Of a stretch of DNA of 33,712 bases, positions 26,615 to 33,712 are shown piece by piece (position 1 is the stretch's first letter; every line of letters begins with the position of its first letter). The notes beneath the pieces were generated by a model, which did no database searches, was not told the DNA's origin, and worked only from the letters and a program-made list of their open reading frames with translations. Where the stretch lies: the NCBI GenBank assembly GCA_028719205.1, contig JAQUKH010000027.1:1-33712 (forward strand), in the 5' to 3' direction. The translations under genes were made by a program, and so were the position numbers. This DNA is from a bacterium (GTDB lineage Bacteria; JACRDZ01; JAQUKH01).

Positions 26615-28006
26615 ATGAGTTATGATATTTTAATCATCGGGGGTGGGCCTGGAGGGTATGTCGCGGCTATACGCGCGGCGCAGTTGGGGGCTAAGGTTTG
26701 CGTGGTGGAAAAAGATAAGGTTGGCGGGACATGCTTAAACAGAGGGTGTATTCCGACAAAATCTATTCTTTCAAGCATAAAGGTTTTGTCGTTAATAACT
26801 GAGGCGGAACATTTTGGGATAGAAGTCGGAAATTTTAAACCTAATTTTAAAGCGATTATTGACCGTAAGAATACCATTATTGAAAAATCGGTGCAGGGGA
26901 TAGAATTCCTTTTTAAAAGTTACGGGGTCGATCTTGTGAGAGGCGAAGGGAGTATAAAAAAGGCCGGGCTTGTCGTAGTGAAAGATGCAAGCGGCGAGAA
27001 GGAAATAGAGGCGAAAAATATTATTGTCGCGAGCGGTTCGGAACCGGCGAATATTCCAATGTTCCAGATAGACGGGAAAAAGGTTATAACAAGTACCGAA
27101 GCCTTGAATTTAACTGAATATCCTGAGAAGATAATAATAATCGGGGGAGGAGTAATTGGCTGTGAATTTGCCACTATTTTTAGCAGGCTTGGAGTCAAAG
27201 TAACAATAATTGAAATGATGCCATGCATTATTCCTACTGAGGATATACAGCTTGGAAGAAGGCTTCAGTCGTTATTAAAGAAACAAGGGATCGAAATATT
27301 TACCGGAAGTAAGATCACAAAATTAACTAAAGATAAAGATGTTACGGTGGAACTCGAATCCGGTGAAAAATATACGGCTGACCTTGTGCTTGTATCTATA
27401 GGCAGGAGTTTAAATACAAAGAACTTAGGGCTTGAAAATATCGGTGTAAAAACCGGGCCGCGCGGGGAAATAATCGTGAATGAATTTCTGGAGACAAATG
27501 TCCCTGGTATCTACGCGATCGGCGATGTTACCGCGAAGATCATGCTCGCGCATGTGGCATCCGCGCAGGGCAGGCAGGCGGTCGAGAATATTTTAAAAGA
27601 GAAAAAACCTATGGATTACAGTTTGATACCAAGCTGTATTTTTACACAACCTGAGATTGGGACTATTGGCCTTTCTGAAACCAAGGCGAAAGAAAAGGGA
27701 ATTGATGTGACAACAGGGACATTCCAATTTGCGGGATTAGGTAAGGCGCAGGCAATGGGTGAAACTGAGGGTATAGCCCGTTTGATAGTCGATAAAAAGA
27801 CAGATAAGATTTTAGGCGGCCAGATAATCGGCCCTGATGCGACAAGCCTTATCGCGGAAGTGGTTTTAGCGATAAAACTTGGAGCAACGGCTATGGAGAT
27901 AGCCGAGACAATACACGCGCATCCTACATTGCCTGAAGCGGTTCTGGAAGCGGCGGAAGATGTTCATGATATGTCGGTGCATTTAGCGAAGAAAAAGAAA
28001 AGGTAA
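26615..28006 (+). CDS. lpdA: Dihydrolipoyl dehydrogenase
   Basis: GGGPGGY, GGTCLNRGCIPTK, GGGVIGCE, YAIGD and HAHPTLPE. Confidence 0.96.
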   Translation: MSYDILIIGGGPGGYVAAIRAAQLGAKVCVVEKDKVGGTCLNRGCIPTKSILSSIKVLSLITEAEHFGIEVGNFKPNFKAIIDRKNTIIEKSVQGIEFLFKSYGVDLVRGEGSIKKAGLVVVKDASGEKEIEAKNIIVASGSEPANIPMFQIDGKKVITSTEALNLTEYPEKIIIIGGGVIGCEFATIFSRLGVKVTIIEMMPCIIPTEDIQLGRRLQSLLKKQGIEIFTGSKITKLTKDKDVTVELESGEKYTADLVLVSIGRSLNTKNLGLENIGVKTGPRGEIIVNEFLETNVPGIYAIGDVTAKIMLAHVASAQGRQAVENILKEKKPMDYSLIPSCIFTQPEIGTIGLSETKAKEKGIDVTTGTFQFAGLGKAQAMGETEGIARLIVDKKTDKILGGQIIGPDATSLIAEVVLAIKLGATAMEIAETIHAHPTLPEAVLEAAEDVHDMSVHLAKKKKR

Positions 28007-28052
28007 TTTTGGCAAATACATTAATTCCAAAATCTATTTTTGCTTAAACCCG

Positions 28053-28108
28053 TCCGCCTCAGGCGGATGATAAATCTTCCGCCAAAGGCGGATCTGCCTA
28101 TGGCATGA
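28053..28108. repeat. Three tandem short palindromes (TCCGCC-nnn-GGCGGA type)
   Basis: tccgcc-tca-ggcgga (28053-67), tccgcc-aaa-ggcgga (28078-92), tctgcc-tat-ggcatga (28093-108). Confidence 0.8.
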
Positions 28109-28127
28109 AAGGCTCATTTTTAAATTT

Positions 28128-29015
28128 ATGGTTAAAATACCTGAGTGGATAAAAAGGGATATACCAAGGAAAAAAAGTTTACTTGTAAAAAAAAACTCAC
28201 TTGGAACATTAAATGTTATCTCTGAATTAAAATTGAACACAGTTTGCCAGTCGGCAAAATGCCCGAACATAGAAACTTGTTTTAAAAACAGCACGGCAAC
28301 TTTTATGATACTGGGTTCCGTGTGTACAAGAGCCTGCGGATTTTGCGGTGTAGGAAAAGGGAAGCCTGCCGATATTGACAATAACGAGCCTTTGAGGATC
28401 GTTGACGCGGTTAGGCAGTTAAAAATAAAGCACGCGGTAATTACATCGGTGACGCGCGATGACCTCCCTGATGGAGGTGCCGGGCAATTTATAAAAGTAA
28501 TTAATTTATTGCGGAAAGAGGTACCGGATGTAGCTGTTGAAGTATTGACTCCTGATTTTAAAGGAGACCTTGAAGTTACAAAAGGTATCTTATTGCAAAA
28601 GCCGGATATTTTTAATCATAACATAGAAACTGTGCCTCGGCTTTATGGAAAAGTAAGGCCTCAGGCTGTATATAAGAGGTCCCTGGATATATTAAGATTC
28701 GCGAAAGGCCATAATAAAAAAATATTTACAAAATCAGGGATAATGGTAGGCCTTGGAGAAAAAAAAGAAGAGGTGCTGTCAAGCCTTTTAGATCTTAGAG
28801 AAAATAACTGTGATTATGTGACTATTGGCCAGTATTTCAGGCCTAATATTAAGAATCTTCCGGTAGTTGAATATTTACCGAAAGAATATTTTGTTGGAAT
28901 AGAGAACGAAGCGAAAAAAATGGGTTTCCTGAATGTCTTTTCAGGCACATGGGTGAGGAGCTCGTTTCACGCTGAAAAACTTGTAGGGGCACGGCTTGCC
29001 GTGCCCCTACCTTAG
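28128..29015 (+). CDS. lipA: Lipoyl synthase
   Basis: CQSAKCPNIETC (Cx4Cx5C), CTRACGFC, TSVTRDDL, NHNIETV and VRSSF. Confidence 0.96.
   Translation: MVKIPEWIKRDIPRKKSLLVKKNSLGTLNVISELKLNTVCQSAKCPNIETCFKNSTATFMILGSVCTRACGFCGVGKGKPADIDNNEPLRIVDAVRQLKIKHAVITSVTRDDLPDGGAGQFIKVINLLRKEVPDVAVEVLTPDFKGDLEVTKGILLQKPDIFNHNIETVPRLYGKVRPQAVYKRSLDILRFAKGHNKKIFTKSGIMVGLGEKKEEVLSSLLDLRENNCDYVTIGQYFRPNIKNLPVVEYLPKEYFVGIENEAKKMGFLNVFSGTWVRSSFHAEKLVGARLAVPLP
28983..29010. repeat. Perfect GTAG-type REP palindrome inside the 3' end of lipA
   Basis: gtaggggcacggc-tt-gccgtgcccctac, 13-bp perfect arms. Confidence 0.88.
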
Positions 29016-29023
29016 GAGAAATT

Positions 29024-29929
29024 ATGTCGATATTGGTTGTAGGTTCGGTTGCAATGGATACTATTGAGACACCGTTTGGGAAAGTTACAAATGCCCTGGG
29101 CGGGTCCGCGGTTTATTCATCCTATTCAGCGTCATTTTTTTCCACGGTTAAGCTTGTGGCGGTGGTCGGTTCCGATTTTCCGGAAAAATACAAGAATATC
29201 CTGAAGGAACGGAAAATTGACCTCCAGGGCCTGCAGGAAGAAGAAGGAAAAACCTTTCATTGGGAGGGTTTTTACGATTTTGACCTGAATACTGCGCATA
29301 CAATTAATACGGAATTAAATGTTTTTGAAAATTTTGAGCCTGTTATACCTGACTCCTTTAAAAATACACCATATGTATTTTTAGCGAATATTGACCCTGA
29401 ACTTCAGCTGAAAGTTTTAAATTCGATTAAACATCCAAAACTTGTGGTTTGTGATACAATGAATTTCTGGATTGAAAAGAAAAGAGACGCGCTTTTAGAA
29501 ACTATCAAGAAAGTCGATATATTTATTATTAACGAAGGTGAGGCGCGTGAATTATCGGGCGAGTCTAATCTGATCAAGGCGGCAAAAAAGATCAGGTCCT
29601 TCGGCCCGAAAGGTTTGATAATTAAAAAGGGAGAACACGGAGCGCTGCTTTTTAGTGATAATATTTTTTCCGCGCCCGCGTACCCGCTCGAATCTGTTTT
29701 TGACCCGACCGGAGCAGGAGATACGTTTGCCGGCGGTTTTATCGGATATCTTGCAAAGTGTGGGGACCTGACCGATGCGAGCTTACGCCGCGCCGTGGTA
29801 AGGGGAACGACTATGGCGTCTTTCTGCGTGGAGAATTTTACTTTAGACAGGATGAGAATGCTGACTGAAACAGAAATAACTTCAAGATGCCGAAAAATAA
29901 AAGAATTAAGCCATTTTGAAAACATTTAA
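29024..29929 (+). CDS. PfkB family carbohydrate/nucleoside kinase
   Basis: LGGSA, INEGEAR, KKGEHGA and DPTGAGDTFAGG. Confidence 0.92.
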   Translation: MSILVVGSVAMDTIETPFGKVTNALGGSAVYSSYSASFFSTVKLVAVVGSDFPEKYKNILKERKIDLQGLQEEEGKTFHWEGFYDFDLNTAHTINTELNVFENFEPVIPDSFKNTPYVFLANIDPELQLKVLNSIKHPKLVVCDTMNFWIEKKRDALLETIKKVDIFIINEGEARELSGESNLIKAAKKIRSFGPKGLIIKKGEHGALLFSDNIFSAPAYPLESVFDPTGAGDTFAGGFIGYLAKCGDLTDASLRRAVVRGTTMASFCVENFTLDRMRMLTETEITSRCRKIKELSHFENI

Positions 29930-29942
29930 ATGCGGAGTATAA

Positions 29943-31109
29943 ATGATAGCATCAAACAGAATTAACAGGTTTCCTGAGTACATGTTCGCGAAGATAAATA
30001 GCCAGAAACTCGCGGCGAGAAGGAAAGGCATTGATATAATTGATCTGGGTATGGGAAATCCGGATCATCCGACGCCTGTGCCCGTAGTACAGGCGTTAGT
30101 AAAAGCGGTTCAGGATACGAAGACACATCGTTACTCGGTAGCCAGGGGTATTTATAATTTCAGGCGGGAGGCAAGCAGGTTTTATGAGAGAAAATTTAAT
30201 GTTTCGATCGACCCTGATAAAGAAGTTGTCGCGCTGATCGGAACAAAGGAAGGCCTTGCTCATCTTATGTTCGCTATTTTAAATGAAGGGGATTCGGCGG
30301 TTGTTCCAAATCCTACCTATCCGATCCATATGTACGGTGTAATTATGGCAGGGGGGAACCTTATTAATGTTCCGCTTTTTCCATTTGATACTTTTCTTCA
30401 GCGTATGTCGGATACTATTAAAAACACATGGCCTCAGCCAAAGATATTGATACTGAATTTCCCAAATAATCCGACAACACTCAGTGTTGAACTGGGTTTT
30501 TTTGAAGAAGTTGTCGCGGTGGCGAGGAAACATAATTTACTGGTTGTTCATGATATGGCCTACGCTGATATTGTATTCGATGATTATGTCGCCCCGAGTA
30601 TACTCCAGGTAAAAGGCGCGAAGGAAATCGCTATAGAGTTTTATTCATTTTCAAAATCCTTTAATATGCCCGGCTGGAGAGTCGGGTTTGCGTGCGGTAA
30701 CGCGGAAATCGTTCAGGCATTAACCAAGATAAAAAGCTATCTGGATTACGGTATATTCACGCCGATCCAGATCGCAGGAATAAAAGCGCTCCAGTGCCCT
30801 GAAGCGTGGATAAAACAAAACTCGGATAGTTATTCCAAGCGCGCTGATATAGCGGTAAAAGAAATGAACAAAATGGGCTGGCCGGTCGAAAAACCGCGCG
30901 GGACAATGTATCTCTGGCCTGCGATCCCCGAAAAATTCAAAAATATGAGCGCGATGGATTTTTCAATGATGCTGCTGGAAAAAGCGGAAGTAGCTGTTTC
31001 TCCAGGAGTAGGTTTTGGCGAATATGGAGAAGGGTATGTCCGTATAGCGTTAGTTGAGAACGAGAACAGGATCCGTCAGGCCTTGAAAAATATTAAGAAA
31101 CTAATGTAA
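29943..31109 (+). CDS. PLP-dependent class I/II aminotransferase, AlaC-like
   Basis: IIDLGMGNPD, HRYSVARG, GTKEG, YPIH, NFPNNPT, SFSKSFNMPGWRVG, KSYLDYG and ALVENE.RIRQA. Confidence 0.88.
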   Translation: MIASNRINRFPEYMFAKINSQKLAARRKGIDIIDLGMGNPDHPTPVPVVQALVKAVQDTKTHRYSVARGIYNFRREASRFYERKFNVSIDPDKEVVALIGTKEGLAHLMFAILNEGDSAVVPNPTYPIHMYGVIMAGGNLINVPLFPFDTFLQRMSDTIKNTWPQPKILILNFPNNPTTLSVELGFFEEVVAVARKHNLLVVHDMAYADIVFDDYVAPSILQVKGAKEIAIEFYSFSKSFNMPGWRVGFACGNAEIVQALTKIKSYLDYGIFTPIQIAGIKALQCPEAWIKQNSDSYSKRADIAVKEMNKMGWPVEKPRGTMYLWPAIPEKFKNMSAMDFSMMLLEKAEVAVSPGVGFGEYGEGYVRIALVENENRIRQALKNIKKLM

Positions 31110-32357
31110 AAAGGTGGCGGCTGCGGCTTTACCCGCCGCCCAGCCGGTTGAAAAAGCGGCCTGCAGGTTATAACCTCCGGTATCCGCGTCAAGATCCAGT
31201 ACTTCACCGGCGAAATACAGGCCTTTTATTAATTTCGATCCCATTGTGTTCGGGTCGATCTCTTTAAGATTTACACCGCCCGCGGTAACAATAGCTTCAG
31301 GTAACGGTCGATAATTTTTAACTTCCAGACGAAAATCCTTTAACCATATACGTAACTTTTTTCTTTCTTCCGCATTGATCTGGTTGCAAAGTTTGTCCGG
31401 CTGTATGTTTAAAAGGTTTATGCAGGCCGGTACTAATTTTTTTTGGAGCCATTCATTAAGGAGAGTTTTAAAAAGTTTTTTACCGTGTGTTTTAATTTCA
31501 CTCAGTAAAAAAGCGTCAAGTGTTTTATCATCCATTTCGGGTTTAAGATCTATCGAGAGAAATACTTTTTGTTTTATCAAAAGGTGCTCAACAACTATTT
31601 TGCTTATTAAAAGTATTAGAGGCCCTGAAACACCATAATGTGTAAATACCATTTCACCTGATCTTGATGTTATATTCTTTCCGTTTACTAGTACCTTTAC
31701 GGTTACATTACTCAGGCTGATACCTTGCAGGTCCTGCGCGATATTTCCTGCTATTTCAAGAGGAATCAGAGAAGGCCTGATATTTATAATAGTATGTCCT
31801 GCGGATTTTGCAAGCGAGTAGCCGTCTCCGCTTGAACCTGTACCCGGGTAAGAAGCTCCGCCTGTTGTAATAATTATATTTTCAGTATAATATATTTTAT
31901 CAGAAGATGATCCCGCGATGCCGGTCAATTTTCCGTTCTCAATAAGTAAACGGTTTACAGTAAAGCCTGTTTGTAAAGTTACCCCGCGTTCCCTGATCCA
32001 ATTCAGTAAAAAATCAACTATCGTATCGGCTTTATCATCCTCGGGAAAAATTTTACCATCAGCCTCTGTTACAAACCGAATGCCTGCATTATAAAAAAAT
32101 TGGAGGAGTTCAGTCGAAAAAAATCTGGAAAAAACAGGGCGTAAAAACCGGCCGTTCATCCCGAAGCTTTTAATAAATTCGTTAATGGGCGCGGCATTTG
32201 TTATATTACAGCGTCCGCCTCCGGTGATCCGGAGTTTATTAGCAGGGGTATCCATTTTTTCAAGAAGCAAAACCTTTGTGCCTGATTCTGCCGCCTGCCC
32301 CGCGGCCATAAGACCCGCTGGCCCGGCGCCAACTACAATAACATCATATTTATTCAT
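31101..32357 (-). CDS. HI0933/BaiN-family NAD(P)/FAD oxidoreductase
   Basis: GAGPAG, ITGGGRCNITN, TGGASYP.TGSSGDG, FTHYGVSGP, VTAGGV and TGGYNLQAAFSTG. Confidence 0.93.
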   Translation of the reverse strand: MNKYDVIVVGAGPAGLMAAGQAAESGTKVLLLEKMDTPANKLRITGGGRCNITNAAPINEFIKSFGMNGRFLRPVFSRFFSTELLQFFYNAGIRFVTEADGKIFPEDDKADTIVDFLLNWIRERGVTLQTGFTVNRLLIENGKLTGIAGSSSDKIYYTENIIITTGGASYPGTGSSGDGYSLAKSAGHTIINIRPSLIPLEIAGNIAQDLQGISLSNVTVKVLVNGKNITSRSGEMVFTHYGVSGPLILLISKIVVEHLLIKQKVFLSIDLKPEMDDKTLDAFLLSEIKTHGKKLFKTLLNEWLQKKLVPACINLLNIQPDKLCNQINAEERKKLRIWLKDFRLEVKNYRPLPEAIVTAGGVNLKEIDPNTMGSKLIKGLYFAGEVLDLDADTGGYNLQAAFSTGWAAGKAAAATFLH

Positions 32358-32391
32358 ATGTACAATTATAACATAATTATTTATTCCAAAT

Positions 32392-32422
32392 AAAAAAGCC
32401 CCGCATTTTATAATACGGGGCT
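32392..32422 (-). terminator. Intrinsic terminator of the cold-shock gene
   Basis: Minus strand: agccccgtatt-ata-aatgcggggct-type stem-loop followed by a T-run. Confidence 0.85.
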
Positions 32423-32439
32423 CTGATATTCGTTTTTGG

Positions 32440-32640
32440 TTAGATCTTGTTTACGTTTGAAGCTTGCTTGCCTTTAGGGCCTTGCTCGACATCAAATGTA
32501 ACAGCTTGACCTTCTGACAAAGATTTAAAACCACTTCCCTGAATTACGCTGTGATGTACGAATACATCGTCGCCTGATTCGCAAGAAATAAATCCAAATC
32601 CTTTTGCGTCATTGAACCATTTTACTTTTCCTGTTTCCAT
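32440..32640 (-). CDS. Cold-shock protein (CspA family)
   Basis: GKVKWFN, KGFGFI and DVFVHHS; AAGGAGGT SD. Confidence 0.97.
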   Translation of the reverse strand: METGKVKWFNDAKGFGFISCESGDDVFVHHSVIQGSGFKSLSEGQAVTFDVEQGPKGKQASNVNKI

Positions 32641-32686
32641 TATTTATTACCTCCTTCTTTATTAAGATGGTAGTAAATATAAATAT

Positions 32687-32727
32687 AAAAAAAAATCCGT
32701 AGGGCAAATTCGATTCACCTTACGGAT
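32687..32727 (-). terminator. Terminator-like hairpin within the csp 5' leader
   Basis: Minus strand: atccgtaaggtgaa-tcgaa-tttgccctacggat followed by a T-run. Confidence 0.6.
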
Positions 32728-32760
32728 AAAGTCCAAAATTTACTATTTACTACAATTATT

Positions 32761-32788
32761 ATTATACACTGCTATTTGAATATGTCAA
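32761..32788 (-). promoter_or_regulatory. Promoter for csp
   Basis: Minus strand: TTGACA (32788-83), 16 nt, TATAAT (32766-61). Confidence 0.72.
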
Positions 32789-32823
32789 GATAAAAGAATA
32801 TTTATTTTACCATGTATTTGCTC

Positions 32824-32852
32824 TTTACAAAAACATTGAAATATGTTATTTT
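32824..32852 (+). promoter_or_regulatory. Promoter for hom (possibly leaderless)
   Basis: TTTACA, 17 nt, TATTTT with a TGn extension; ATG 7 nt downstream. Confidence 0.5.
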
Positions 32853-32859
32853 TACTCAA

Positions 32860-33712
32860 ATGAAAAAAATAAATTTAGGACTGATAGGTTTAGGCACGGT
32901 TGGTGCCGGTGTGTTAAAGATCTTTGATAAAAATAAAGCGCTTATTGAGAATAAGCTTGGCGTGAGCCTGGATATAAAAAAGATCGCGGACCTTGATATT
33001 AAAACGCCGCGCGGTGTTGAGATCGACCCGAAAAAACTTACTGTGAACGCGGAAGATATAATTTCAGACCCTGATATCGAGATCGTGATAAGCCTTGTCG
33101 GGGGTATCCATCCTGAACAGGAATTTATCCTTAAATCGCTGAAAAACAAAAAGCACGTGGTAACCGCGAATAAAGCTTTGCTTGCTAAATGCGGTAAAGA
33201 AATATTTGATACGGCGTTCGAGAATAACGTAAGGATCTGTTTTGAGGCAAGTGTCGGGGGAGGAATACCGCTCATCCGTTCACTCGGAGAGGGCCTTGCG
33301 GCAAACAGGATCCAATCAATATTCGGCATAGTGAACGGGACCGCGAATTTTATCCTTACAAAAATGCGGGATGAAAAAAAGAATTTTAAAGCCGCGCTTA
33401 ATCAGGCAAGAGAACTTGGCTACGCTGAAGCTGATCCCACGCTTGATATTGAAGGCATCGATACCGCGCATAAACTATGCATTTTATCCTCAATGGCGTT
33501 CGGCCAGCCAATTCCTCTTGAAAAAATATTCTGTGAGGGGATTTCTCATATAAACTCTTTTGATATCGAATACGCGGAGGAATTTGGTTTTTGCATAAAA
33601 CTTCTGGCAATAGCGAAGGATACTGAAAAAGGTATTGAGGTCCGGGTACATCCGACGATGCTTCCCAAAGAATATATGCTTTCATCTGTTGACGGGGTTT
33701 TTAACGCTGTAT
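32860..33712 (+). CDS. hom: Homoserine dehydrogenase, 3'-truncated by window edge (absent from the ORF track)
   Basis: Hand translation: MKKINLGLIGLGTVGAG...HVVTANKAL...FEASVGGGIP...GIVNGT.NFIL...GYAEADPTLDIEGID. Confidence 0.96.
   Translation, partial: MKKINLGLIGLGTVGAGVLKIFDKNKALIENKLGVSLDIKKIADLDIKTPRGVEIDPKKLTVNAEDIISDPDIEIVISLVGGIHPEQEFILKSLKNKKHVVTANKALLAKCGKEIFDTAFENNVRICFEASVGGGIPLIRSLGEGLAANRIQSIFGIVNGTANFILTKMRDEKKNFKAALNQARELGYAEADPTLDIEGIDTAHKLCILSSMAFGQPIPLEKIFCEGISHINSFDIEYAEEFGFCIKLLAIAKDTEKGIEVRVHPTMLPKEYMLSSVDGVFNAV

Noticed and set aside
28034-28381. 115-aa minus-strand ORF
   Set aside because: Antisense to lipA; its tail is just the translated palindrome cluster.
1447-33685. 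Many short or antisense ORFs in the track (e.g. 8352-8846, 12023-12634, 13716-14216, 29404-29925, 32856-33329)
   Set aside because: They are shadows of well-supported genes on the other strand or frame and show no recognisable motifs; 32856-33329, 33371-33553 and 33398-33685 overlap hom.
1-33712. tRNA, rRNA, riboswitch, transposase, integrase or selenocysteine read-through
   Set aside because: No intergenic gap showed such a structure by eye and no gene looks split at an in-frame TGA; an Rfam/tRNAscan run would be needed to exclude them.

Overview
AT-rich bacterial chromosome segment, probably from a diderm anaerobe (LPS-type GT2, exported multiheme cytochromes); I cannot assign the taxon from sequence alone. 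Most of the window is housekeeping: secDF, miaB, hslU, argB-D-F-G-H, yqeK, rsfS, argS, lpdA, lipA, an AlaC-like aminotransferase, a cold-shock gene and a 3'-truncated hom that the ORF track misses. No rRNA, tRNA, CRISPR array or transposase was seen. The best leads are: (1) two tandem, small, exported tetraheme c-type cytochromes (1560-2628), each with exactly four spare His and a motif order like the OmcE/extracellular cytochrome nanowire type; the first has a consensus promoter and a full SD, and a terminator separates the two; (2) an HslU with intact ATPase motifs but no adjacent hslV, whose usual HslV-activating tail (DLSR[FY]IL) is replaced by a KVGF tail resembling ClpP-docking motifs; (3) a NusG-II / Gx transporter / RseC trio resembling EetA/EetB electron-transfer accessories; (4) an accessory islet (nucleotidyltransferase, small partner, and a HhH radical SAM bracketed by GTAG REP-like sequences); (5) several small palindrome and heptamer repeat families, one forming the 3' end of lipA; (6) apparent leaderless genes and a terminator-like hairpin in the csp leader. 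All family calls come from motif recognition by eye; no searches were run.
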